A stretch of 64,000 bases of DNA from Actinomycetales bacterium (GTDB taxonomy: Bacteria > Actinomycetota > Actinomycetes > S36-B12 > UBA5976). This document shows, piece by piece, positions 39,184-47,701 of the stretch (the stretch's first letter is position 1; each line of letters opens with the position of its first letter). The DNA lies in contig JAIXQF010000004.1 of the NCBI GenBank assembly GCA_027484085.1, forward strand, positions 170,035 through 234,034. The letters run 5' to 3'. Below the pieces are notes generated by a model that was not told where the DNA came from, ran no database searches, and worked only from the letters and a program-made list of their open reading frames with translations. A program made the position numbers and the translations under genes.

Positions 39184-41418
39184 TTGTCTAGAATTCGTGG
39201 AATATTTGCCTCGTTAGTTGGATCAGTCCTGCTGCTGACTGTATTCGTTGGCCCGGCTCAAGCGGCTCCAGTTAATGATCGCATCGGTGACGCAACGGAT
39301 ATCACGTTAACCGCCAATGAAGGTTCAGCTCAATTTACGACGGCCCAAGCTTCTCGTGAAAATGCCGAGTATTTGGGACCCGATTCCTCGTTTCAAAATA
39401 CGGTGTGGTTTCTATGGGATCCAACGTCAAATGAGCTCGCAACGATCAGCAACTGTTCTGCAAGTGCAGAAACCCGACTTTTCGTTTACGAAGTAAGTGC
39501 AACAACCACCTCTGAACCCACGTCGGCTCCAACAAAAGGCACATCCGCCAACTGCACCAATGGCAACTCAATTTCCATAGTTGCTTCTGCATCAAAGCTT
39601 TACTATGTCCAAGTTGTTTCAAAAGTTACGTCGACTGGAACCGTATCAATATCGTCAGCAGCACTGCCAACATATACTGAGTTAACCAAAGTAACTATTT
39701 GCCATCGAACACATGCGACAACGAATCCGTATCGCTTGATTACGGTTTCAGTTTCATCCATTGTTGACAGCAATAGCGCACCTAATGGCCACGCTTTACA
39801 CAACACTGATGCGCGTCGATTAATTACAGACGGCCCGGCAGGGCTGTTCCGTCCGACCTATGCTTACCCTGCAAATGCAAAACATTGGGGCGATATCATC
39901 CCGCCATTTCAGACTCAAGGTGGCGGAATCTACGAGGGCTTGAATTGGTCTTGGCCAACAAACTTCTCGTCTGGTGCAGACACAATCTTTGATCGCAGCG
40001 AATTTACTGCTCACGTTGCATCGGGTGGATCAGCAGATGGACAAGCCGCTGTTGCTTTCTGCACGGGTTCAGCCGGAAATAGTTTGACTGCGAGACAGTT
40101 TTTCGAAAACGAGCGAGCTGCAGGTGAAGATCAAGCAGACGTGCTTGCAGATCTGGATGAACAGGCAGCAGAAGAAGACGACGCAGTTAGAACTTCATTG
40201 GGTGGAAGTTTTGTGAATCCAACAGGAACAACAGAACTGTTTCCTACTCCAGCGCGACCTATCGTCACCGCCGCGCGTAAAGTTATACGTTCTGAGTCCA
40301 AGACTGTTGTATTTGATGTAAATATAAACGAGTCGGTCACTGGCATTTCAACAAGTGACTTTACAGTTTCAGGATCTGCAACCAGCTGCTCGGTTACGGC
40401 AATTTCAGCTTCGTCCGGAAATTCGGTTGAGGTGACCGTTGTTTGTGAAACAACCGGTACCGTGAAGATTTCTGTTGCCAAGGATGGCTTTAACGGAGCT
40501 ACAGATATCGGACCAGCCGCAATAGTTGAGTCAAATGAAACCGAAATTTATGAAGAGCCGACCCCATCCCCATCGCCATCGGTGAGTCCAAGTTCAAGTC
40601 CATCGCCTTCTCCTTCCGCGTCACCGCGTGGTGGATCGCGATATAAAGGCAACAAAGCTCCGAAGCAGTCTCTATCTGGAGTTGTTTGGGCTGACCTGAA
40701 TCAAAACGGCTCTCAGGAAGTTAGCGAACCAAATCTTCCAGGTGTCACATGCACCTGCCAACTGGAGGTTGCACCTTCCAATCTCGCCGCGAATCAAAGG
40801 TCTGTGATTGGAGTCAGCGATCCAAGATATGTCTCTACATCTTTTACAGTGAAAACAGATTCTAAAGGTGAGTACTTACTCAGAAATGTTTTGGCTGGTG
40901 ACTGGACTACAACCTGCACTGCTCCAGAAGACATGACAGTTACCTATGACAGCACTGATGCTTCAGATGGAATCATGACTACTGCAGTGCCGAGCAATGG
41001 CACAGGTTTCACTTGGTTGGGCTTGACTGGAAGTTCTGCGATATCAGCACCAATTACTGATCCAAGCGGACTGCCTGCTGAAGGTGAAGTAGTTCTTACT
41101 TGGAACGGTACAGATGAGAAACCCGGAACTACAGATGATGTCAACTTTGTGGTGGAGGCAACGGACGGAGAAATTAACCTGTCCGGACTTCCTTCCGGTG
41201 GCTACCGAGTCAGCTCAATCGGAGGCACTTCTGTAATCGCCTATCTAAGAATATCAAGTGACTCAACTTTCGAGAACACAGTAGCGACTCGGAAATCGAA
41301 CTTGGCAAACACTGGGATTGGTCAGCCGATCGGAATGTTGAGCCTAGGAATAGCAGGTTTTGCGATTGCTTTATTTGGGTCTGTCGGGTTGGTGCGCCAA
41401 CGCAAATATCGACACTGA
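39184..41418 (+). CDS. Sortase-anchored surface protein (Ig-like and SdrD-B-like domains, LANTG)
   Basis: Signal peptide ending AQA; KVTICH...WGDIIPPF module; PS-rich linker; LSGVVWADLNQNG SdrD-B motif; LANTG + TM + RQRKYRH. Confidence 0.8.
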   Translation: MSRIRGIFASLVGSVLLLTVFVGPAQAAPVNDRIGDATDITLTANEGSAQFTTAQASRENAEYLGPDSSFQNTVWFLWDPTSNELATISNCSASAETRLFVYEVSATTTSEPTSAPTKGTSANCTNGNSISIVASASKLYYVQVVSKVTSTGTVSISSAALPTYTELTKVTICHRTHATTNPYRLITVSVSSIVDSNSAPNGHALHNTDARRLITDGPAGLFRPTYAYPANAKHWGDIIPPFQTQGGGIYEGLNWSWPTNFSSGADTIFDRSEFTAHVASGGSADGQAAVAFCTGSAGNSLTARQFFENERAAGEDQADVLADLDEQAAEEDDAVRTSLGGSFVNPTGTTELFPTPARPIVTAARKVIRSESKTVVFDVNINESVTGISTSDFTVSGSATSCSVTAISASSGNSVEVTVVCETTGTVKISVAKDGFNGATDIGPAAIVESNETEIYEEPTPSPSPSVSPSSSPSPSPSASPRGGSRYKGNKAPKQSLSGVVWADLNQNGSQEVSEPNLPGVTCTCQLEVAPSNLAANQRSVIGVSDPRYVSTSFTVKTDSKGEYLLRNVLAGDWTTTCTAPEDMTVTYDSTDASDGIMTTAVPSNGTGFTWLGLTGSSAISAPITDPSGLPAEGEVVLTWNGTDEKPGTTDDVNFVVEATDGEINLSGLPSGGYRVSSIGGTSVIAYLRISSDSTFENTVATRKSNLANTGIGQPIGMLSLGIAGFAIALFGSVGLVRQRKYRH

Positions 41419-41431
41419 AGTCGACCCTTTA

Positions 41432-41452
41432 ATTGAGTTTCTCAAACTCAAG
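41432..41452. promoter_or_regulatory. HAIR-like inverted repeat upstream of the DoxX gene
   Basis: ATTGAGT-TTCTCAA-ACTCAAG matches 13/14 HAIR positions with an N7 spacer. Confidence 0.45.
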
Positions 41453-41549
41453 GTTGGGTTGTAGCAGTGACGACTTGCAATAGACCTGAGTAACCAACAT
41501 TTTCAAAACTTAGCCATAGGCTGAGGCGTAGTACATCAGAAGGAAACAC

Positions 41550-41903
41550 ATGAACACCTCAACCACAGTCTTTACTGTTTTGCTTGCAGCAATCGCACTA
41601 GTTTCAGCAATGGGCAAGCTTCGTAAAATGCCGCCAGTTATGGAGTCGATGACACATGTTGGTGTAAAGCCAAATCAAATTCCGGTACTTGCATATCTTG
41701 AGATTGCTGGCGCCGTGGGACTATTAATTGGTATCGCGTATCCCTTACTAGCCTTTGTTTCCGCTGGTGCACTAATGCTTTACTTTTTAGGAGCAGTGAT
41801 TGCTCATTTGCGAGTGAAAGACAAGTTTAAGGATTTTGCACCAGCACTATTTCTTGCAGTTTTGTTTGGATACTTGTCATATTTAGTACCCACAGGTTTT
41901 TAA
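41550..41903 (+). CDS. DoxX family membrane protein
   Basis: SAMGKL, LEIAGAVGLL, GAVIAHLRVKD. Confidence 0.85.
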   Translation: MNTSTTVFTVLLAAIALVSAMGKLRKMPPVMESMTHVGVKPNQIPVLAYLEIAGAVGLLIGIAYPLLAFVSAGALMLYFLGAVIAHLRVKDKFKDFAPALFLAVLFGYLSYLVPTGF

Positions 41904-41949
41904 GAACCTGCAAGCAAAACCTTATGTTTTGATTTCCTAGGTGAAGTAA

Positions 41950-43326
41950 ATGAGCCAAGATAATTCAGTTGGTGCTGAAAATCGTCGTCGGATCGTGCTG
42001 CAACTTCGAGATCAGTTTCTTGACCTTGCAAGGGCGAGTCGTGAAGAAGTTGATCGATACTCACTAAATGAGTTAAAGGGAATTGTTAAGTTTTCAAAAC
42101 AGCGCATTCCTTGGTACACCAACTCACTTGAATCTGTCACTGATGTTGAAACAGCGAACTCACTACAAGACTTATTGCATTCGTTACCAATCCTGACTCG
42201 GCGCCAAGCCCAAGATAATTTTGATGGGCTATATTTCAAAGGTCCAAACCACGAACCGAGCGACTATGTAATTCAGTCCACATCAGGATCCACCGGTAAA
42301 CCTGTTTCTGTAATGAAATTCGCGCCTCTATATAGCGCAGAGTATGACGCACTGACACTTACCGAATGGCAACTCAACAAACGCGACACTTCAAAAGTTG
42401 TTACGACATTCCGCATCGTCGAAACCGAAGCTGAAGATGTTCCACTTGGGCCACCGCTTAGTTACATTGGTGCCACTCGAGTACATACTTCACGAAGCAT
42501 TTTGAAACGAACCATTCCGGAACTTCTGCGCGAACTTCATCGGTTGCGCCCAGATTACCTATTTGTAAATGGAGTTGTCTCCCGACAATTAGCGCTGGCT
42601 CAACTCGAAAGTGATTTTGAACCAATAAAGATCGAACAGTTCTTAACGGTTAGTGATCGGATTGATCCGCAACTGCGAGCCATGATTAGTGATGTCTTTA
42701 ATGCACGAATTATTGATCGCTACTCTTCTGAAGAATTTGGTTACATCGCTCTGCAGTGTCCAGTTCATGACCACCTTCACGTTTGCTCATCAAGCTTGAT
42801 TGTCGAAGTTGTTGATGACGAAGGAAAGGCATGTGAAGTTGGCGTACCTGGACGAGTCCTGGTCACATCGCTTCATAACTTTGCAATGCCTCTCATTCGT
42901 TACGACATCGGTGACATCGCGGAGCTGGGAGAACCATGTGACACCGGATGGAACTGGCCAGTGCTGAATCATGTTAGTGGGCGCATCCGAGATAGTGTTA
43001 CGACTCCTGACGGAGAGTTCCGCCTCGTTACTTTTTTCGATAGCAAGATGCTTGGTACTCGCAAGCTTCGTGACTATCAAATTGTGCTGTTCGAGAATTC
43101 CATCGTTTTCATGTATTACGTGAATGAGGAATTGGACGAGACGGAGCGTCACGATATTGAATCGGAGCTTCAGGAGGCGTTCAAACTCCCCCTACCAATT
43201 GTTTTCCGACGAATGGATAGTGAAAATTGGCAAAATCTTTGGAAACGACGTGAGTGGTATCGGGCGACGACAAACTATGACCCAAGTTGGAATGAAACTG
43301 AATTGATTTCGAAGGTGTCCGAATAG
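41950..43326 (+). CDS. Phenylacetate-CoA ligase / F390 synthetase-like adenylate-forming enzyme
   Basis: STSGSTGKP, YSSEEFG, MPLIRYDIGD, GR motifs. Confidence 0.85.
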   Translation: MSQDNSVGAENRRRIVLQLRDQFLDLARASREEVDRYSLNELKGIVKFSKQRIPWYTNSLESVTDVETANSLQDLLHSLPILTRRQAQDNFDGLYFKGPNHEPSDYVIQSTSGSTGKPVSVMKFAPLYSAEYDALTLTEWQLNKRDTSKVVTTFRIVETEAEDVPLGPPLSYIGATRVHTSRSILKRTIPELLRELHRLRPDYLFVNGVVSRQLALAQLESDFEPIKIEQFLTVSDRIDPQLRAMISDVFNARIIDRYSSEEFGYIALQCPVHDHLHVCSSSLIVEVVDDEGKACEVGVPGRVLVTSLHNFAMPLIRYDIGDIAELGEPCDTGWNWPVLNHVSGRIRDSVTTPDGEFRLVTFFDSKMLGTRKLRDYQIVLFENSIVFMYYVNEELDETERHDIESELQEAFKLPLPIVFRRMDSENWQNLWKRREWYRATTNYDPSWNETELISKVSE

Positions 43327-43413
43327 TAGCTCAAAGCAAACTAAACCGTGAATTTGCTGCATTTTTCACGGTTTGGCGTCAACAAATTCAGGGTGTGTGA
43401 CATAATTTTTTCT

Positions 43414-44868
43414 ATGAATCGTTCTCAGCGTCGTAACCAAAAATCATCAAATTCAACCGCTCGCAAAGCCGGCCTAACTTTCTTGACTGCTGCCGGTGTT
43501 GTTAGTGGCACCGTTGGTTTAGGAAGCCCAGCTCACGCAGCCGTTTATGCACCTATGAACTGTACAGACCTAGCGAGCGATTTAACTTCCCTAACTACTA
43601 CAGGTGGCACGCTAACTGCGGACTTCAGCGGAACTTGTGACTTTGCAGAGGGATATGTTTTCCAAGAAGCAACCACGATCATCGGTCCTGAAGATAGCTC
43701 ATTAGACCTTAGATTTTTTGCGAGTGCTGCAAATGCTTTTGTTTCCAATTCAGACCTAACTATTTCAAATTTGAATTTCGAACAAGCTGATAGCAATGTG
43801 AGTACGTTGTACTACTTCATCGTCTCATACCCAAGCCAGCCATTGACAGTTACTAATTCAACTTTTTCGAACGCCACTATGAACTCAGCTATCGGCGCTG
43901 AAGGCTCCGTAACGGTATCGGACTCAAGATTTGAAAACATTTCCACAATGTCAACTGGTGGGGCGATTTCTAATTCTTCAACTTCTGCTACCACAATCAC
44001 GAATTCAACATTCATAAATAACTCTTCGGGCGGTCAAGCGAGTGGCGGTGCGTTGTACACCAATGGCCCATTGACAGTTTCTGGTTCCACATTTGAATCA
44101 AATTCAGCTGGAGATCAAGGTGGAGCAATCTCTGCTTGGGGACCATATTCCAAAGTAATTACTAACTCAACCTTTACTGAAAACTCCGCAACTACAGATG
44201 CAGCAGTTTTCTTTTCTGAAGGTGGAATCATTTCAAACAGCACGCTTTGGAATAACGGTGACGCGGACACGTTCTCGATAGGTGCGAATACACCAAGTCT
44301 TACTTACTTATTCGCAAACATACTTGGCAACGATACGCCGAACACAGTGAAGGTTATTGATCCAACCGTAGACACTGTAGATCTAGGTGCAAATCTTTAC
44401 ACAGACGACAGTTTTAATGACACAACAACAGGTGCGGGATCCTCAGAATTAGTTAACCAGGCGGATTTGAATCTAGGTGTTCTTACCTTGAATCTAAATT
44501 CTCCCGTAAACACTGGTGTGACTAAAACAATTGCAATTGATTCTGATAGCGCTGCTTATGATTTTTATGCTGCCGACTCCGCGGGAATAAATCCAACCGC
44601 AGGTGGGGACATTTCAATTTTTACAAGTGGAGCAATTTCAACGCTGCTACCAACAACGGATCAGCGTGGAGTAGCGCGTCCTATCGAAGCAGGATTTGAT
44701 GTAGGTGCCTTCGAATTAGGGGAATTTACTACGCAAGAGACCGAAGAGGAAGTTCTAGCCAACACGGGATTGCCAACTGGCGCTGGATATCTTGGTTTAG
44801 TTGCTCTTGGATCTGCAGCAATACTTGGTGGATCCGCAGGAATTCAGAGGCGCCGTAAAAAGGCATAG
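43414..44868 (+). CDS. Sortase-anchored beta-helix adhesin-like protein (Pmp-like GGAI/FxxN repeats, choice-of-anchor Q-like end, LANTG)
   Basis: Signal ending AHA; repeated FxxN...GGAI; DQRG...DVGAFE; LANTG + TM + RRRKKA; -10 CATAAT just before ATG 43414. Confidence 0.82.
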   Translation: MNRSQRRNQKSSNSTARKAGLTFLTAAGVVSGTVGLGSPAHAAVYAPMNCTDLASDLTSLTTTGGTLTADFSGTCDFAEGYVFQEATTIIGPEDSSLDLRFFASAANAFVSNSDLTISNLNFEQADSNVSTLYYFIVSYPSQPLTVTNSTFSNATMNSAIGAEGSVTVSDSRFENISTMSTGGAISNSSTSATTITNSTFINNSSGGQASGGALYTNGPLTVSGSTFESNSAGDQGGAISAWGPYSKVITNSTFTENSATTDAAVFFSEGGIISNSTLWNNGDADTFSIGANTPSLTYLFANILGNDTPNTVKVIDPTVDTVDLGANLYTDDSFNDTTTGAGSSELVNQADLNLGVLTLNLNSPVNTGVTKTIAIDSDSAAYDFYAADSAGINPTAGGDISIFTSGAISTLLPTTDQRGVARPIEAGFDVGAFELGEFTTQETEEEVLANTGLPTGAGYLGLVALGSAAILGGSAGIQRRRKKA

Positions 44869-46424
44869 CAATTCTTCACGTCTGATTTTCTGAAGGTTTT
44901 GATCTATCTGACATACTTTGAGCATGAATCGTGCTCAACGTCGTAGTCAAAAAAGCCCCAAGTCAAATGCCCATAGAGCTGGACTGACTTACTTAACGGT
45001 TGCTGGTGTAGTTAGCGGATCGTTTGGATTGGTCAGCCCGGCACATGGTGCGGCCCTTAACTTAACCGCGAACTCCTGCGAAACCATCAATTCCCAACTC
45101 TCATCGTTGTCGAATAATGCCGATGGCGGGACGTTGGATATCAGCTATGTGGGTGAGTGCGTTTTAGATTCCGGATATTTCATGTCGGGGAATTCCACAA
45201 TAAATGGACCCGAGTCTGGCGATCTAACGTTGCAAGTTCCAGTTGGACTCAACTACGGAATTGCATCAAACTCCGAATTAAACTTGTCAGACCTTAGCTT
45301 TGTTGCCCCACAAGGCATGGGATTGACGCTATCAATCTTGGAACTCGGAAATAGTGCTACCACCTCTATAACCAATGTGAATTTTCGCGATTCATACCTC
45401 AATGGAGCCGCGATCTATGCCGAAGGCAGTGTGACAATCGCTAATTCATCATTTACAAATATCCAATCAATGGGCGATGGTGCAGCTATTTCAGCACCAG
45501 CGGGTTCGACTATTGGAATCTCTAATTCTGTTTTTGCTAATAATCAAGCAAGTGACGAAGAGAATGGTGGCGCAATTAGTGCATGGGGAGCGCTAACGGT
45601 TGATAACTCAACTTTCCGTGCGAATGGGGCAGATGACGACGGAGGTGCAATTTACTCCAGTGGCTATCCGCTAGTTGTGACAAATTCAAGTTTCGACTCA
45701 AACGGCGCTGACCGCAGGGGTGGAGCAATTTACGCTCTTTATGAAGCACGCATCTCTAATTCAACATTTACTGGGAACAACGCGGCCACTGCTGCAGCTT
45801 CTATTTTCCTGGGAGAGGGTGGAGTTATCTCCAACAACACCTTCTGGAATAACGGCGCCGCTGACATATTCTCAATTGGCGTGGATCCCGTGAGTGCATA
45901 CTTCTTCGGCAATATTCTTGCTAATGACAATCCAGATACCGTCAAGCTGTTAGATCCAAGCCAATCCATAATCGACCTTGGTGCGAATCTTTACACAGAT
46001 TCCAGCTTTGATGATGCGACCACCGGTGATGGTTCATCTGCGCTTACAACAGTCGAGGAACTGAAGTTAACTGGCCTTGATTCAAATCAGGAACCAACAG
46101 TCAACTCCGAAAACACCCGATACGTAGCTATTGCTGCGGACAGCATTGCGTATGACTACTACCAAGCAGATTCGGCTGGAATTAATCCGACGGCGGGCGG
46201 TGCAATGCTGTCGCTACTTGCAGAAAGCGATCAACGCGGAGCATCACGTCCTCTTAGCTTCGGATACGACGTGGGTTCATATGAATCTGGAAACAAACCA
46301 GTGGAATCGCCAACGGAGGACCCTGAAGTGAAACTGGCAGATACCGGATTTCCAACTGGCACTGGATATCTTGGCCTGGTTGCTCTTGGATCTGCAGCGA
46401 TACTTGGCGGATCCGCAGGAATTC
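44773..46424 (+). repeat. Near-identical 73-bp sorting-signal segments of the two paralogs
   Basis: 44773-44845 versus 46352-46424: 67/73 identical by manual alignment. Confidence 0.8.
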
Positions 46425-46447
46425 TGAGTCGACGTAAGAAAGCCTAA
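44924..46447 (+). CDS. Paralogous sortase-anchored beta-helix protein (LADTG)
   Basis: Same architecture as 43414-44868; DQRG...DVGSYE; LADTG + TM + RRKKA. Confidence 0.82.
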   Translation: MNRAQRRSQKSPKSNAHRAGLTYLTVAGVVSGSFGLVSPAHGAALNLTANSCETINSQLSSLSNNADGGTLDISYVGECVLDSGYFMSGNSTINGPESGDLTLQVPVGLNYGIASNSELNLSDLSFVAPQGMGLTLSILELGNSATTSITNVNFRDSYLNGAAIYAEGSVTIANSSFTNIQSMGDGAAISAPAGSTIGISNSVFANNQASDEENGGAISAWGALTVDNSTFRANGADDDGGAIYSSGYPLVVTNSSFDSNGADRRGGAIYALYEARISNSTFTGNNAATAAASIFLGEGGVISNNTFWNNGAADIFSIGVDPVSAYFFGNILANDNPDTVKLLDPSQSIIDLGANLYTDSSFDDATTGDGSSALTTVEELKLTGLDSNQEPTVNSENTRYVAIAADSIAYDYYQADSAGINPTAGGAMLSLLAESDQRGASRPLSFGYDVGSYESGNKPVESPTEDPEVKLADTGFPTGTGYLGLVALGSAAILGGSAGILSRRKKA

Positions 46448-46464
46448 ACTTTCTCTCCGTCTTT

Positions 46465-47118
46465 ATGAAAAATTCAAATGGCAAGATTTTCGTTGCACTT
46501 ATTGTGATTGGTGTGGCACTTGCATCAGTAGGTATCTGGTTTGGCTTCCTTTCGGGCTACCTAAAGGCAATGAATGACACTGAGCAAGCTCAGCAACTGT
46601 TTGTAACGCAAACGCCGAGTTCGACGGAAGCGTCTCCAGAACCAGAACCGATAACACTTGTTGACGGCACTCCTAAGTGGGGCCAGGTATTCGCAGTTAT
46701 GCGGATTACATCACTTGGGTCAGATTGGGTCCGAACAATCTCCGAAGGTACCTCGCTAGGCATTTTGGATCGGCTAGGCGTTGGGCATTATGAAGATACC
46801 GAGTTCCCTGGTGAACCTGGAAACTTTGCCGTGGCTGGCCATAGCGGAAACAAGTGGACTCCATTTGCAAAGTATCAAGACATCAAGCCGGGCGATTTCA
46901 TTCAAGTTGAAACTTTTGATTCAAATTTCACTTATAAAGTCGTTGAAACTGTCACGGTTGATGAAACAGACATGGAAACGGTTTACGAAAACCCAACTCT
47001 TAAATCAGATACCGATGGAAAGAGTTGGTTAACAATTACAACCTGTGTAACTAATGGACCAGAAGATAAGCGAATCGCTATTTTTGCAGAATTAGTATCT
47101 GAGGTGCCCAAGGAGTAG
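46465..47118 (+). CDS. Sortase (class E-like)
   Basis: GHY...PGEPGNFAVAGH, LTITTC and downstream Arg (His-Cys-Arg triad); N-terminal TM. Confidence 0.9.
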   Translation: MKNSNGKIFVALIVIGVALASVGIWFGFLSGYLKAMNDTEQAQQLFVTQTPSSTEASPEPEPITLVDGTPKWGQVFAVMRITSLGSDWVRTISEGTSLGILDRLGVGHYEDTEFPGEPGNFAVAGHSGNKWTPFAKYQDIKPGDFIQVETFDSNFTYKVVETVTVDETDMETVYENPTLKSDTDGKSWLTITTCVTNGPEDKRIAIFAELVSEVPKE

Positions 47119-47127
47119 TTTGCAAAT

Positions 47128-47640
47128 ATGCATCCTTCAAAGCTCCTAATCGCCTCACTTGCCGTACTCTCGCTTACTTCCTGCTCAACAAACGCATCAG
47201 ACATAACTCCATCTGAAAGTCCAACCGTAACGGCAACCGCATCCCCGCCAGAAACTTCCTTCTCGAAAGAGGCAGTTATCTTGGTGACCCAAGCGTTTTA
47301 TGACGAGTACCTGGACTGCATGACAAACCCACCAACCCAAGCAGCCGGTCAGGTTGGAAATTGGTGCGCAAGCAACAATGCAAACACGACCACAAACTTC
47401 CCAGCCAATCTAGAGGCGGGTGGAGTGGCGGAAGCTGGAGCAGATCCAATCGTTTGCGCGCAAAGTTTTCCGATGAGCTATGAAGTGCGAGACGATTCTT
47501 CGTACTCTCATTCCGAAAAGCAGGGAACTGCGTTTGTCGTTTAACAATTTGGTTCAGGCGAACTGGCTCTAACTGTGCTTTTGAATGGCGAAGGTGAAAA
47601 GTTGCTTGTCGACAACATTGTCTGCCCGATACCTCAATAG
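47128..47640 (+). pseudogene. Lipoprotein interrupted by an in-frame TAA at 47542-47544
   Basis: Lipobox LTSC; frame continues QFGSGELALTVLLNGEGEKLLVDNIVCPIPQ to TAG 47640. Confidence 0.65.
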
Positions 47641-47701
47641 CCCAAACTCCGCTGCAAATTTCTTAAACTGCCAAAGTTTTTCAGGCTGAATTATTTCTGG
47701 A

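Noticed and set aside
40558-40626. Short-period repeat
   Set aside because: Encodes a Pro/Ser linker with varied codons; not a CRISPR or VNTR array.
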